NCBI RefSeq assembly: GCF_964204645.1 | Contig: NC_134027.1 | Coordinates: forward strand, 7,038,485-7,102,484 | Length of the DNA: 64,000 nt | Origin: Tubulanus polymorphus | Lineage: Eukaryota; Animalia; Nemertea | Direction of reading: 5' to 3' | In this document: one piece after another, positions 40,801 through 53,748 of the stretch | Numbering within the stretch: the first letter of the stretch is position 1 | Layout of the letters: each line of letters starts with the position of its first letter | The notes under the pieces: model-generated | Databases searched by the model: none | Seen by the model: the letters and a program-made list of their open reading frames with translations, nothing else | What the model was told of the DNA's origin: nothing | Translations under genes and position numbers: made by a program

Positions 40801-43800
40801 CACCTGGCACTGTGCCATATGGGCCTTGTTGTATTTTGGAGCGAAAAGAAATTTAAAACAAATTTCTCCTGAACAATGGGATTTTTGTTTGATTTTGAAA
40901 AGAATTAGATATGGATTTTGCGTGAATAAACGAGTCGGGATAACTTCAGGGACCTGGAATCAGGCAACCCTGGGTGCTGCTGACTGCTTGTGTATACACA
41001 ATCAATATTACGACCCAGGCAGTAGGAATAGGAATTGCGTTGTAAATATTCCAAATACTAGATAGAGATGATGCCTGGCTTACAAACACAGTTCTACTGT
41101 ATACAAGGAAAAATTAGATGTGCATTTTTATATAGGCCTGCTGGTACAAAATGATATTAGTGCTGTTGTATCATCAGTGTTGAGAATGACAAATCATCTT
41201 CTTACTAGATATGTGACAATGAAATGGTCATGGTGATTTTGAGATTTTGTTTTATCATTTGCTGTACCCTTTACATCTTATCCACTGATCCACTAAATAT
41301 TCTAAAGTCACCTCTTAGAATTTGTTCAACGTGATAAAAATTCGCTCATAAGATTATTATTTTCGAGCTCTCTGCTATATAGGAGGTAAACCACTTTCCT
41401 GAATGGTATTCATACGGAGAGTCGCTGGTAAAATTGGTAATTTATAGCCGACTAAACCGGTGCAATGGTTCAAGGTTTACATAGATAGACCTATACAAAC
41501 CAAATCATTGCAAAATATGTGGCAATTTTCCAAGTTAAAGTGTGTATTGCCTGCCCCGGTGTTATCCCTGGCAATTCAATAAAGTGTGGTTGCCAGCATA
41601 AAACTACGTCACATAAACATAATCAGAGAGATTAAAACTAGATAAATAAACCTATTTTATTTTTCGAGATTATTGCCCTTTGACACTTTGCCAACTGAAC
41701 TTAACTATAAAAAACCTGAACGTGAAATTAATTAACAGCTTGTAATTACTGCTTGGTAAATTAATCCATTGCTTCTTGAGGCGTTTTGGGTGTGCAATAT
41801 GTAAACAGCAATAAAAAAGTACCAGTGGACTGGATGAGACTCGGGTTTCCGCAATAACGCGGGTTGAAGGACGAGTCACCAGTACTGCTGCCGCGAATGT
41901 AAACACATTGATTTCTAATAGAAAGTAAGACACTTCTCATTCTCAACGGCATCTGCGGAGTTGTTGTCGGTTAATATCTTACCAATAGGATCTCCTCCGT
42001 TTTGAGCAGGGCCTGTTGTTGATGCATAGGTTTAACGTTATACCAGTACGAGCCCTGGCCCAGGGGTTGTGGACTGACACTTGGTATATTAAAAACATCT
42101 GGGACTTCTTATCTCCAGGCAAGCAATCGTAATTCTGTCAACAATACAACAGTTACTGTAGTCTTATATCATGTGTCGACGCCCACCTGGTCGAAGGAAT
42201 CTTGATAGGGAAAAAATGACAATTTGATCAAGTTGCGCAGTTTTATAGATAATGAGAATGCAGATGAAATAAAGGGAGCAAGTTTAAGATGTTGATGATT
42301 TTATTTTGCCAATATTATTCTGGACAGGATCGTATCAAGTTTGGTTCAAGAAAAGGTGGTTTTACCTTTCATTTCGTTGAATTAGATTTTTTTGTAATTA
42401 GAATTCTTGTTGAAAAGTAAACATTGATTATTCTGCTGTAGTTTGAAATGCATACTTTCAAAATAGAAATAGGATAGAATTAACCCTCAAGTCATTCATG
42501 GAATCATATTTATAAATAATTTTATATGACAGCAAAAATTTAACTACAGACAATTGAAATAATGACTGAGACGTGAAATTAACACTATGTAAATGTTTTG
42601 AGCAAGTTCATTCAAGGATTGAAAATAAACAACAAACATCTACGCAAATGTGACCCCCTGAACTCTAATTCCCATTCATATATAATGTCTTATAGTTCAG
42701 CTTGACAAATCGCCAGCAACAAATCTAGTGCCTTGGCAGCCTTTATCTTATATGTATTTATCTGTTTCATATGAATATCATATCTTGTCCCTATCTTATG
42801 AATAGCCTATACGTATAATGACATGTGCACGTTCCGGGTTTGGCAAAAGAAAGTAGTTCCTGTTGGCTGGCATACCAATAATGCTCGGTCTAGACTCTGT
42901 ATGCCTAGTTCCTGGAACATGCTGCGAGCTGGTTGGCATCGAGCCAGTGCAGTACTTAAATTATGCCAATCGAAGTTATAAATCCTACTATAATCGTACA
43001 CATGAGCTGGCATGGTTGTTTTAAATGCGCCTCAATGCAACGTGTGTAATCATGTCATGTGGTATAAATAGTAATGCATGTGGTTTGAGTCATTGTGTTC
43101 GCTGCCACGCGAGTTGTGGACAATATTGGACAGGGGCACATGCTCCAGATGTCCATTGCCAAGTCCTGCGTTGACAAACTTCGGAGAACATAGTAAATAT
43201 CAACTGCATATCCTGCATGATGTCAATATGTCGATGACTTGTCAGGGGGATTGATTCCAGGAACAAAATCAACGCACAATTGTTTGTTTTTGTTTACGCA
43301 TATTACATTTTGCCTCTCCTTGTTGGGTGTGGTAAAAATCCATTCTAAATGTCTAGATTCGGTAAAAAAATAATATTTGTTTTATTTTGGTGATATTTAC
43401 CTCTGCCTACACTATAAATAAAAATGCCAGACATTTGATTTAATGTTTTTCATGTCGAAGGCCATCAGAAGCCACACCCATGTGTAACTCACAATACAGC
43501 CTACATTGTTATTCTCCATTTGGAAATGTTTTTGCCAAAGCTGACAGACACTCTAGGGTGCAAATTACGTGTCAAGTCGCAACTCTCATATTCTATTTAA
43601 TGTTTCTCTTTTTAGGAGTCTTACTTCCACTGGGCCTTTGGTGTTTTGGAACCAGATGTTTTTGGTACAATTGATGTAGATACTGGCAAAGCTGAACTAT
43701 TCTTCCCGAAATTACACCCTGATTATGCAGTATGGATGGGAAAGTAAGTAATCGTATTATTTTGTCATTCCAATTTTAACTATTTGCCTGTTAGTCATGC

Positions 43801-46800
43801 GTTCGACTTAGATATTTGGATAGATTGATGAGGCTCTCAAAAAAATTTCCTTGACAATCAACGGAGGGAAACATATTTTTAGGAACTTATTCAAGTCCTT
43901 TAAGGCCAACCTAAAAGGTTTTACTTATTTGAAGAAAATTTAAAGTTAATCTGTTGATTAATCATACAAGAATTGTTCTACTCATTTTCACTTACAGATT
44001 GGAAGACAAGGATCACTTCAAAGCCAAATATGAAGTGGATGATTGTCACTGGGTTTGTGAGGTAATCATATCTTCTTGTCTGCTATTTGATTGAAATCTA
44101 CTGAAATTGAATGAAATGAAAGAGTGTCATCTATAAGTTTCATCATTTTGAATGAATCGGGTTTGATTGTGCTGTCATCACAATATGGATGAAAATAAAA
44201 AGAATGGAATCAATTGTGTGTTCAGATGACCTTGGGCTGCGCAAACATAAACAGTGCAGCGTGAACTTTTCCACCCACCTAATAAATCTAGATTCTTTCG
44301 ATCATTTTTTCATGATCTAGATTTGACAGCTATGCACTCTAGCTCCTTAAAGGACACTTTACCCAATTGGAACTACTTTTCTGAGCAGATTGCTCGTTGC
44401 ACAAGAGACTAGATTGTGCATGCAGTAGTACCTCTCCTCAGCCTGATAGATACGCATCCAATGAGGTTTACACAGTGAAACCTTGGAGTAATCATTTGAC
44501 ACTCCAAGGTGAAACATAGATTTACTTTATTGAAAATATTTCACCCAAATACTGAATGATGGTGATGTTATTACATTTTTCACATTTGATGTATTCATAT
44601 TCTGGATTGGCGAATTTTTCTTGGACCTCAAGAATATCCTGTGATACCTTGTAGTGTATTTACCAGGATATGTTTGTTTCATCATGGTTGAGACCTGAGC
44701 AATGATCCTATATCAAAGCTTCACCAATGATAGGAAATAAATAAAAGGACACCGATCATTGAACCGCTTTGGTAACTGTATATGACCTTTACTACGGGTG
44801 GGTGTATCTGTAGAGTATAATGTGTAGAAAATAAAGCCATATATTCTAAGGTTGTTTTAAGTTCATACGAGTTGATAAATTTTGTAAACATGCACACAGT
44901 AGCTTGTAGAAAAAACTTGTGCATATTCAGTGAGTACGACCAGTTGACGTTGACTTTCATGAACACGCCTCATGTTACCTGGCATTCAGCCAGACATGTT
45001 GTGCACATGTAAATAGATCATGTGACTCACATGTAAATATAACCTGGCTAATGATGCTGGGTGAATAACGTCCTATTGTGACATGACCTGAAAATTATTT
45101 CTGAATTTGTCTCTTTATTATGGTAGCTATAATATGGTATGCTTTGGAAGGTCGTCGTCTGAATAGGACATCAAATTGCAATAAAACATCTTTCATCATA
45201 TGTGAAATTGCCTCGAACTATCAGTTAGACCCCAAATCCCAGTTTCACAGTTGTCAGTTGGGTTTGCAATGAAATGAAACAGAAGAGAGAAAATCCAACG
45301 AAAAGAAATAAGTCTCTAAGTTCCACTGCTGTAAAAATATGCATTTACGTTTTAACTGTACAGACTTTGTGGTGATGATTCCAAATGAACATTGGTGAAT
45401 ATGATCAAAGACTAAAAAATTGTATCTTGACTTATATTGCAGATGCCTCGTGTATTATTCGACAAAAATCCTTCTGAAGTTTTAACATTGGTGAGTGAGA
45501 GAACTCTAAAATTCACTGAAGCATTCAGAAACACAGAATAGCATAGTTTGACCAGACAAGAATATAGCCTAATTGATGAATGCTAAAACACTGTCCTTAA
45601 ATTCATTTTTGTTTATAGAGGGGGAAAAACACTGATAGCGACACTATCCACCCAGAAGCTACATTTGATGGAATTGAAAAGTTTAAAGTAAACAATACAT
45701 CATTGTTTCCCGAAATGTCTGAATGGTAAGATTGACTGCTCTTTTGAATTTGTATCAAATATACAATTTCTTTTGGTGCATTTCATTATTAAAGTATGTT
45801 TAAGGGTAAACCAGTTCTTAGGCTTATCATATCTATTGGTGATTTATTTAAAGCCGAGTTTTCAAATCAGCTGAAGAAATAGAAGTTCTCCGACATGCCA
45901 ACAAAATCAGCAGCGAGGCGCACCGAGAGGTTAGTAGTTTGGTAACAATTTCTAAAGGAAAGGGGATGAGTATCCTTTTTTCAGTTTCTTTTTCTTGTTT
46001 CTTGTTTCTTAAGTCTAATCATCCAAACTTCTTTTGACTATTACAGCTGATGCGACGAATTGAACCAGGAATGCATGAGTTTCAAATGGAAAGGTAACTT
46101 GATGCACAACTTTATGAAGGCGTTAATTGTTTCACACAAGAATCTCATTGTAGCTATTGATTAGATTAGTATCTTATATATGGGGGTGTAAAAACTGAAT
46201 TCATATTTGTCTATTGTTAAGATTATTTCATTGGTTTTGTTGCAGTATTTTTCATGATTATTGTTATCGTAATGGTGGTATGAGATGGCTGGCATATACC
46301 GGTATATGTGCCTGGTAAGTGTCAGTTTTTGGTTTTATAGTTGTATGATCTTACATTTTCTCAAATTTGTTTCATTTGATAAAATTCCATATCAATATTT
46401 GTTAGTCATGATATATTGTAACACCCATTTCATCTTCATAGTGGACCAAGTGGTGCAGTATTACATTATGGTCATGCCGGCGCGGCAAATAACCAGCCAA
46501 TTCGTGATGGTGACTTATGGTGAGTACTGTTTGATATCTCCCATTTACTGTGAATTATTGCAATACCCGTTTGAATTTGTTGTGTTGTTGATACATTGTC
46601 ATTGTTATCTTATTTTTTTTTCAACAGTCTTTTTGACTTGGGTGCCGAGTACTACTGCTATACATCTGACATAACAACCACATTCCCAGCAAATGGAAAA
46701 TTCACTGAAAAACAGAAAGTGATTTACAACGCTGTGTTAGATGCAAATAGAAGTGTATTCAAAGCGTGCAAACCTGGTAAGATTAAATAGAAAATGATTA

Positions 46801-48032
46801 ATCTATATATTTCCGTTGTAATGATTAATACGGATATATTTCATTAAAAGGTGTAAGTTGGCTTGAAATGCATTACCTTGCCGAGAGGACAATCCTTACA
46901 CATTTGAAGAACAATGGTATAATCGTTGGGGATCTTGATGACATGATGGACTGTAGATTCGGAGCAGTTTTCATGCCTCATGGTCTAGGACATTTCCTTG
47001 GTATCGACGTTCATGATGTCGCTGGTTATCCCAAGGTAAATCATAACATTTGTACATTGAGAATGACAATTACCTTGTCAGGGATATAAACGTAATCTTT
47101 TCAAAGTATATTGCCTATGTGATGAAGAAAAACTCTCTAGTAACAACCTTTGATCTGCTGGATCTAAGACCGAGAAGTTCATGCCTGTTATGTCTTATTA
47201 ACATAATCATGCATCTGTGGATTCTAATTATGTTTTATCAGGGAGGAACAGAGCGTATTCTAAAGCCTGGACTGAAATCATTGCGAACCACACGAGCACT
47301 TGATGCCGGTATGGTTATCACAATTGAACCAGGATGTTACTTCATAGAAAGTGTGAGTAAATAGATTAGCACCTATTGAATGTGAAAGAACTTTCAGCTC
47401 CCTAGTCAAGACTACTGTCTTTTGAAGCCAGTAATTTGAAGATGCTTCAATGGATTGTCTTAATTTTCATATTATTTACAATTTGTCTATCTATATTGGC
47501 ACCTATACATATTTTGTAATCACAAAATCAATGCAGAATCCATGACATGTTTTATCATTGTTTTGAGTTTTAAGGTCATTGATTACTGTATTTGTTCACT
47601 AGGGGGCCTTGCTTGATTTGTTGAAATTGTCAAATAGTCAAGCATCTCATGTAGTGGGCATGGTGTCACTTAGCACCTAGTTCATGGTTGAAGTTATCTG
47701 GTATTTGTCTCTTTATTTTTCTAAAGCAACTTGATGCTGCATTTGCCAACCCAAAACATGCTAAGTTCATGGTGAAGGAAAGAATTGATGAATACAGAGG
47801 AAGTGGTGGGGTATGTTAGTTCCTTTATCAGAACTGCATTCTACAGGATGAAAAATGAATCATACGGTATCAGAATTATAATAAATAGTTACTAAATAGT
47901 TCTGTTTGTTTATAGGTACGGATTGAGGATACAGTTACCATTACTGAAACTGGAATTGAAAATTTAACAGATGTTCCGAGAACTGTTGAGGAAATTGAGA
48001 AGTTCATGGCTGATGCTCGCAAAGGACAGTAA
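37822..48032 (+). CDS. PEPD: Xaa-Pro dipeptidase (prolidase)
   Basis: Exon 1 ATGGCGTCCGTTGCTGACGA|gtaag; [13 protein letters not shown]; metal-ligand motifs [39 protein letters not shown] and GGVRIED; end [12 protein letters not shown]...GQ stop at 48032. Confidence 0.96.
38148..38362. mobile_element. Merlin-like MITE in PEPD intron 1
   Basis: Perfect 26-bp TIRs GGTAAAAGTGCAGATCCGCACCTCTC with an 8-bp TSD GTGAAATC (38140-38147 / 38363-38370). GGTAA termini plus an 8-bp TSD fit Merlin. Confidence 0.82.
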
Positions 48033-49113
48033 TAAGAAATTATTTCAGCAATACAGAGATGAACTACATTACTAAGATGTTTAATGATAATTTCTCTTGA
48101 TGATCAAGTTTTGATTTCTCTCAACATTCCTATTCGTATATGAAATGAATGCTGGGGGAGCAAAGTACATGTACTTTTCATTTAACAAAAGGAGCGCATG
48201 CCTTCCTTGGAAGTAAAATTAAATATACACCACATCTCTAATCATTTGGTGCTTTGTAAAAATATATGTCATAATAAATATTCTAATTGCATCTGAAGTC
48301 TTTCTCTGTTTTTGTGGTCAGATCATGTCCAACTCCTAACATGGTGTACTTGGAATATCTTAATCAACTCTGTATGAAGTCAAAATGCTACCATGCAAGG
48401 TGCAGATAACGTACATGAACGTACTGGTACATTTGTCACCTGTCCTCCCCTGAATCCCTTGCACACTTTTCGCATGATTGACACCTCGCACCGTATGAGA
48501 TGCCAATGTCAGTTGACTGCTTCCGCCAGCCCAGCAGATTTCAATGTAACCAAGAAGCAAATAACAAATGGCTTTATATCGGCTAATGGCATTAATTCAG
48601 CACAATATTTGAAGGAAGCACAGAGTTACATATGGCATCTAGCCAGGTTGCAAACATTGTAACTTGAGAGGAAGGTTGATCTCTGTAGTTCCTTGCTCTG
48701 CTCCTATACCATGGTTCAAGAGTATCCTCGGGAGCACAGTGCATATCAAACAAATGTAACAAGGACGAGACAGTAAAGTAAAAATCTTTATTACATAATT
48801 CAAGTGTTAGAAAATATATTCATATAAATATATAGGTTTTGATTTTTCACTTTTTTGCAGTAAGAGTATTTTGTAGAAATCACTGACAGTTCATAAAGTC
48901 GGACCTAAAATCAATACACAAAGAACTGGTATATGAAAGTAAAGAAATTGTGCATGTATATGAAAGTAAAGGAATTATAGTACATTGTATAATATGTGGT
49001 ACAGTTATTATTTGAATTTTGTAAGCCCTTCTTAATGTAAGAATATTCTATAAATTGAAAAGATTTCACTGCATACAATAAAGACTTGTTTTCACTAATG
49101 CAGTTTCAAATGA

Positions 49114-50384
49114 AACTAGGGGTCCAGGGACACCATGCCCACTTGGGAAGTGGTTCCAAATGCTCAACAACCTAACAATTTCAATATTCAACGCCCCTGG
49201 TGACCATATACAGAATCCAATGACCTTGAAACTCACCACAATCATAGAACATGTCAGCAGCTACGATTTTGTAATTGATTGTGATAACAATATATGCCTC
49301 GTTACCACTTTAATATGGAAATACTAAGTTATTCTACTATTCAACGCTCCCTGGTGACCATATTCAAAACCCAATGACCTTAAAACTCGCCACAATCATA
49401 GAACATGTCACGAACTATAACTTTGTAATTGATCATGGTAACAAAATATGCCTAGGTACCAATATAATAAGGAAATACTAAGTTATTCTACTATTCAACG
49501 CCCCCTGATGACCATATAGAATAACTAATGGCCTTAAAACTTGCCACAATCATAGATGATGTCATGAGCTACAACTTTGCAATTGATTGTGGTTACAAAA
49601 TATGCATTGATACGAATATAATATAGAAATACTAAGATATTGCATTATTCAACGCCCCCTGGTGGCCATATACAAAAACCAATGACCTTGAAACTCACCA
49701 CAATCATAGAACACGTTATGAGCTACAACTTTCTAAACGATTGTGGTAACAAAATACGCTTAGGTATCAATATAATGTGGAAAAACTTTTTCCCACTTAC
49801 AAATGAGTACTGCTGACACCAAGATGGCCGCCAATTGCGTCATAATTGGCTGATGAAAAATACCTGTCTCAGGTATAAAACATCCCTTTCCAAAGATAGA
49901 ATACCCATCACAAATTGCAATGAGAAATGATAAACCAGTAGGAAGCTACAGGACTTTTTTTGGGCCAAAATTAACATTTTTGGGCACTAAAAAGGTCATA
50001 GGACGGCCATCTTGAGTCCGATCGACCCAATTTTTGTTATGCTGATGGGCCCTGGGGGAATTCACATATATCCGAAAGATCAAGGTAACTGATCAAAGCG
50101 TCTTCAAAATTTCCCTCAAAAAGTTAAAAAATGTGTAAAAAGTGCTGATTTTGGCGAACAACAATGGCTGCCAGTCGGCCATCTTGAATCTGACAGGGCC
50201 AGTTTTTGGGCTGAAGATGTGTCTAGGGTAGATACATGTGTAACCCAAATATCAAGACATTACCTTGAAGCGTCTTCAAAACTTCCCAAAATAACTGGAT
50301 TCCGTCTACGGACGGACGAACGGACGACGGACGAAAAGTGAATGCAATAGCCCGCTGGGACAAAAGTCCCAAGTGGGCTAAAAA
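49114..50384. mobile_element. Helentron-associated non-autonomous element (HINE/DINE-1/pearl-like) with internal tandem repeats
   Basis: Subterminal inverted repeat GCCCACTTGGGA (49137) / TCCCAAGTGGGC (50367); four ~153-bp tandem units (49188, 49341, 49494, 49648); GGAC microsatellite near 50308; end hairpin CCCGCTGGGAC-AAAA-GTCCCAAGTGGG followed by an A-run. Confidence 0.8.
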
Positions 50385-50476
50385 GAGAACTTCATAACTA
50401 TTAAGATAACAAATAGCTTTGAACTTTTTGTCAGTTAATTTAGCACCATGTAATACACTAATCTCATATATCATTT

Positions 50477-53400
50477 CTATAATTCCTCTTTCACCTAAAA
50501 AGACAAAGAAAACTGAAAATCAATATCAAAAGCAATGGTCACTCAGTGAAGTTGTCTACCATGACATACCTTGTGACTTCCACATCGACATTCATGAGGT
50601 GTTGAAGGCTGAGGAACAAGTTCCATATCTGGGTAAATCTTTGGTTTTGTGACCATAAGTTTTGCATATTCCTGGAAGATAGTCGTACATCCAGAAAGCT
50701 CCAGCTAGTTCATAACATCAGAAAGTGAAAAATATTTTCAAATATGTATTGATGGATAATATCTACCTTAAACAATTGCACATAATAACATAAAATATGG
50801 TTGGCTTGAAGATAATCTCGGGCATAGTTTTGAGCATTACGTGAAATCCGTTTTGCCTGAAAAGAATAAGAATGTTAGAAAGTAATAGTCAAGTATGAAA
50901 GATATAAAGATTGGTAACCCACATCTTCATAATCACAGTTATCCAAACTCGGATACAATTAATGGATGAAAAGTTTTAACATTTCTTATTCAGTCAGCTC
51001 TCATTGGACCATACTTGTTACAGGTTGAACATATAATATACTCACTTCATCATCATTATCTTTTGCCCATTGGAGGTGTTGTTCTAAATCACTCAGATCA
51101 CTTTTGAAGGGAATGTAGTGAGTAAAAGGCTGTAATTCGCGATAGAAATGTTCGTAATAATTCGATTCCTGCTTAAATACAACGCTATTTCCAGCCAGCA
51201 AATATGGAAAGCGGTATGCCGCTACAGTGCCATCGACATTTATTTGATATCTATACTGGAAATGAATGAGACAATGATTAACCCTCATGGTAGCATCAGG
51301 AAAACTACGGACACAATGCCTCCTTAAAAGACGGTTAAATCATCCATAAGACATAACTTTCAAGTAAATTGAGAGAGTTTACCAAACTCACCTTAAAAAA
51401 GTCGAAAAATGAAATATGTTCCACAAGTTCTCCTACTTCATTTTTGTCATGAGGAAAGAAGAACATTCGAGTCAGTGAAGCATTGATTAATTCAGGATTT
51501 TGAATGGACATCTTTACTAAATCTATACGCTCCTGTCTAGAGTCACGTCCTCGCCAAAAACCTTTTGCAATCTTGTCCTCCCATCGTGGACTGGCATTAG
51601 CTTGTACAGAAAGCATGTCTAGCATTTGTCTGAAATATTGGTATGTATAATAAGAGTACACGATCATGATCTTAGTAGAATATACAAAAGACAACTCATG
51701 TCATTTTATACCTTCCCATTGTTTCAAGTGCAGATTCTGTCATTTCATAAGTGGGTAAGACGATATCATTAGTCTCATCTGAACCACACCATGACAATAT
51801 CGGCAGAGGATTCACGTTTTCAAACTCCAAAGGCCAGTCCCCGAGATTGCTGAGAAATTCCATATCTGGTAGTTTTACCTGAAGCCATAACGAAATTCAA
51901 TTTTAACAAATTCATTTCACCATCTAAAACTATATGAGGCACATTATGTCTCTACCTGGCGTGCAAGTGTCAGAAGTATTGAATCAGAAAACATCTTAAA
52001 ACCGACATGTTTACCCTGCGTACGACGATATATCTGGAGACAAAAAGAAAATTTATATCTTAATTGATGAATCGTTATCTAAAATCTAATCACGGCTGGG
52101 TTGTGGAGTGACTAGAACATTTGACTCCAGGATAAGAGGCTATTGGTTTCAAACCCTCATACCCCCATAGTTTTCATAATGGTAAGGATAACTGTCTTGC
52201 ATATATGAAAGGCTGAATCCAAGAATGTCAATCCCACTTATGAGCTCAAACGTCTACTTTTACTTAGTAGCTTTCAATTCTGTGGTTGATTCTACTTCTG
52301 AAAAGTGACTGTTTTAAAACATCTGGTTTCGATAGTGCACACTAGCAGTAGAGTCAACTATAAAACGAACCATTTGTTAACAGTGACTTCGTGATAGCAA
52401 CTCTAACCATAACAGCTACTCTCAAAACACATTTTGCCAGACAATTATCCTTGCTCGTAACCCAAGCGCAATAGGAATGACTGATATTTACTGATAGATA
52501 TAGGTCAGGGGTAATAATACCAACGTGATCATCATTGATAACACAATTGGAACTTAAAATACTGATACCCATAAAATCTATAACTCTCATCTCGATGATT
52601 ACCTTCAATGTTAAATACCTTGTTATCGATGACAGTATAATGACAGAGACTTATACTGCCAGGTTGATTAAATCGTCTACGATATTCAGTATTCACTCTG
52701 CGCATGTCAATCTTCGGAAATAAACTAAGATCATCTGCTATCTGTTTGAATGATTGTGGGCAATGTAAATTCCTGGACCACTTGTCGATATCTGGCTCTG
52801 GACAATCACAGTTGCTACCATGCAAGGAACCTATGAATGTATAAATAGTGTTTGTATTGGCAATACAAGTAATTAGTATAGGTGTTTTGTACACAAGCAA
52901 TGGATCACCTGAAAGAAGATATGGAGATCCAGCCACATGTTTCCCTTGATGCTTAACTTTAAGTACCAAATCATTCATTGACCCATACAACCTATATCTT
53001 GCAATGTAACTACCATCTTGCCGATCTAATACTTGCGTCCAGATACCAACGCTGTCTCCAGATGAAAATTTTTCTTCAATTGTAAATACGAAGGCATCCT
53101 TACCAACAGATTCTGTGATGCTGAAAAATATAGAAAAAACTCTTAAAAGTACAAACATGAGTGATAAAAGGAGACCATTGTTTAAACAAATTCTTTTACT
53201 AAGCCTAGAAGGCTTAGGCTTGATTAAGTATTACGGCGCTATTGCATTTTTGTAGCTTCCTCCCAAAATTGTTTTATGATTTATAATCAATAATTATCAA
53301 TCAGAGAGAGGGTGTCAGAAGTGCACTGTATATAGTGCCAGTTTGCAATTGGTTTTACTGATCTTGATCTGGCTTGCTTTTTAACACATCCATTTAAAAA

Positions 53401-53627
53401 TATGTTTTTGATTCACATTGACAAATAGAGTTTAATTATCTTACTTACTTATTCATTTCATCATCAACAGCCTGGATGTAGAAGAATCTCGCAGGGGTGG
53501 AAAACTGAGCCTCCAAGCCGGGTCCCCATACTATTGAGTTATCAGGGTCGATTCTGCGACTCAAACCGATGTCAACCGAACAGCTTATGAAAAATAGCAG
53601 TAGCACCTGTTCAAGAATCATATCCAT
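50477..53627 (-). CDS. POGLUT2: Protein O-glucosyltransferase 2/3 (KDELC family, CAP10/GT90)
   Basis: Signal peptide; filamin-like domain (VWGPGL...[11 protein letters not shown]; [13 protein letters not shown]); NLGDWP; [11 protein letters not shown]; [18 protein letters not shown]. The last micro-exon encodes VKEEL-stop, an ER-retention signal. Likely co-orthologue of POGLUT2 and POGLUT3. Confidence 0.93.
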
Positions 53628-53748
53628 TCCGCAGAATATTCGACATAAAATTCTATAGCGATAAAAATGCAATTAGAAATACGTTCTCTAAGCTTTACTG
53701 GATGAATTCAATTCAAAACTTTATTCTCTTAGATGCACTAGATGCACT

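Noticed and set aside
45970-45980. GTATCCTTT U12-type donor in PEPD
   Set aside because: It lies inside an intron whose ordinary GT-AG sites already give the correct frame.
48440-48540. Possible HDV-like ribozyme on the minus strand (hairpin followed by GCGAA)
   Set aside because: No P1/P2/P3 pairing partners could be found; only one hairpin is supported.
52095-52165. tRNA gene
   Set aside because: Only degenerate A/B-box similarity with no cloverleaf; more likely a SINE relic.
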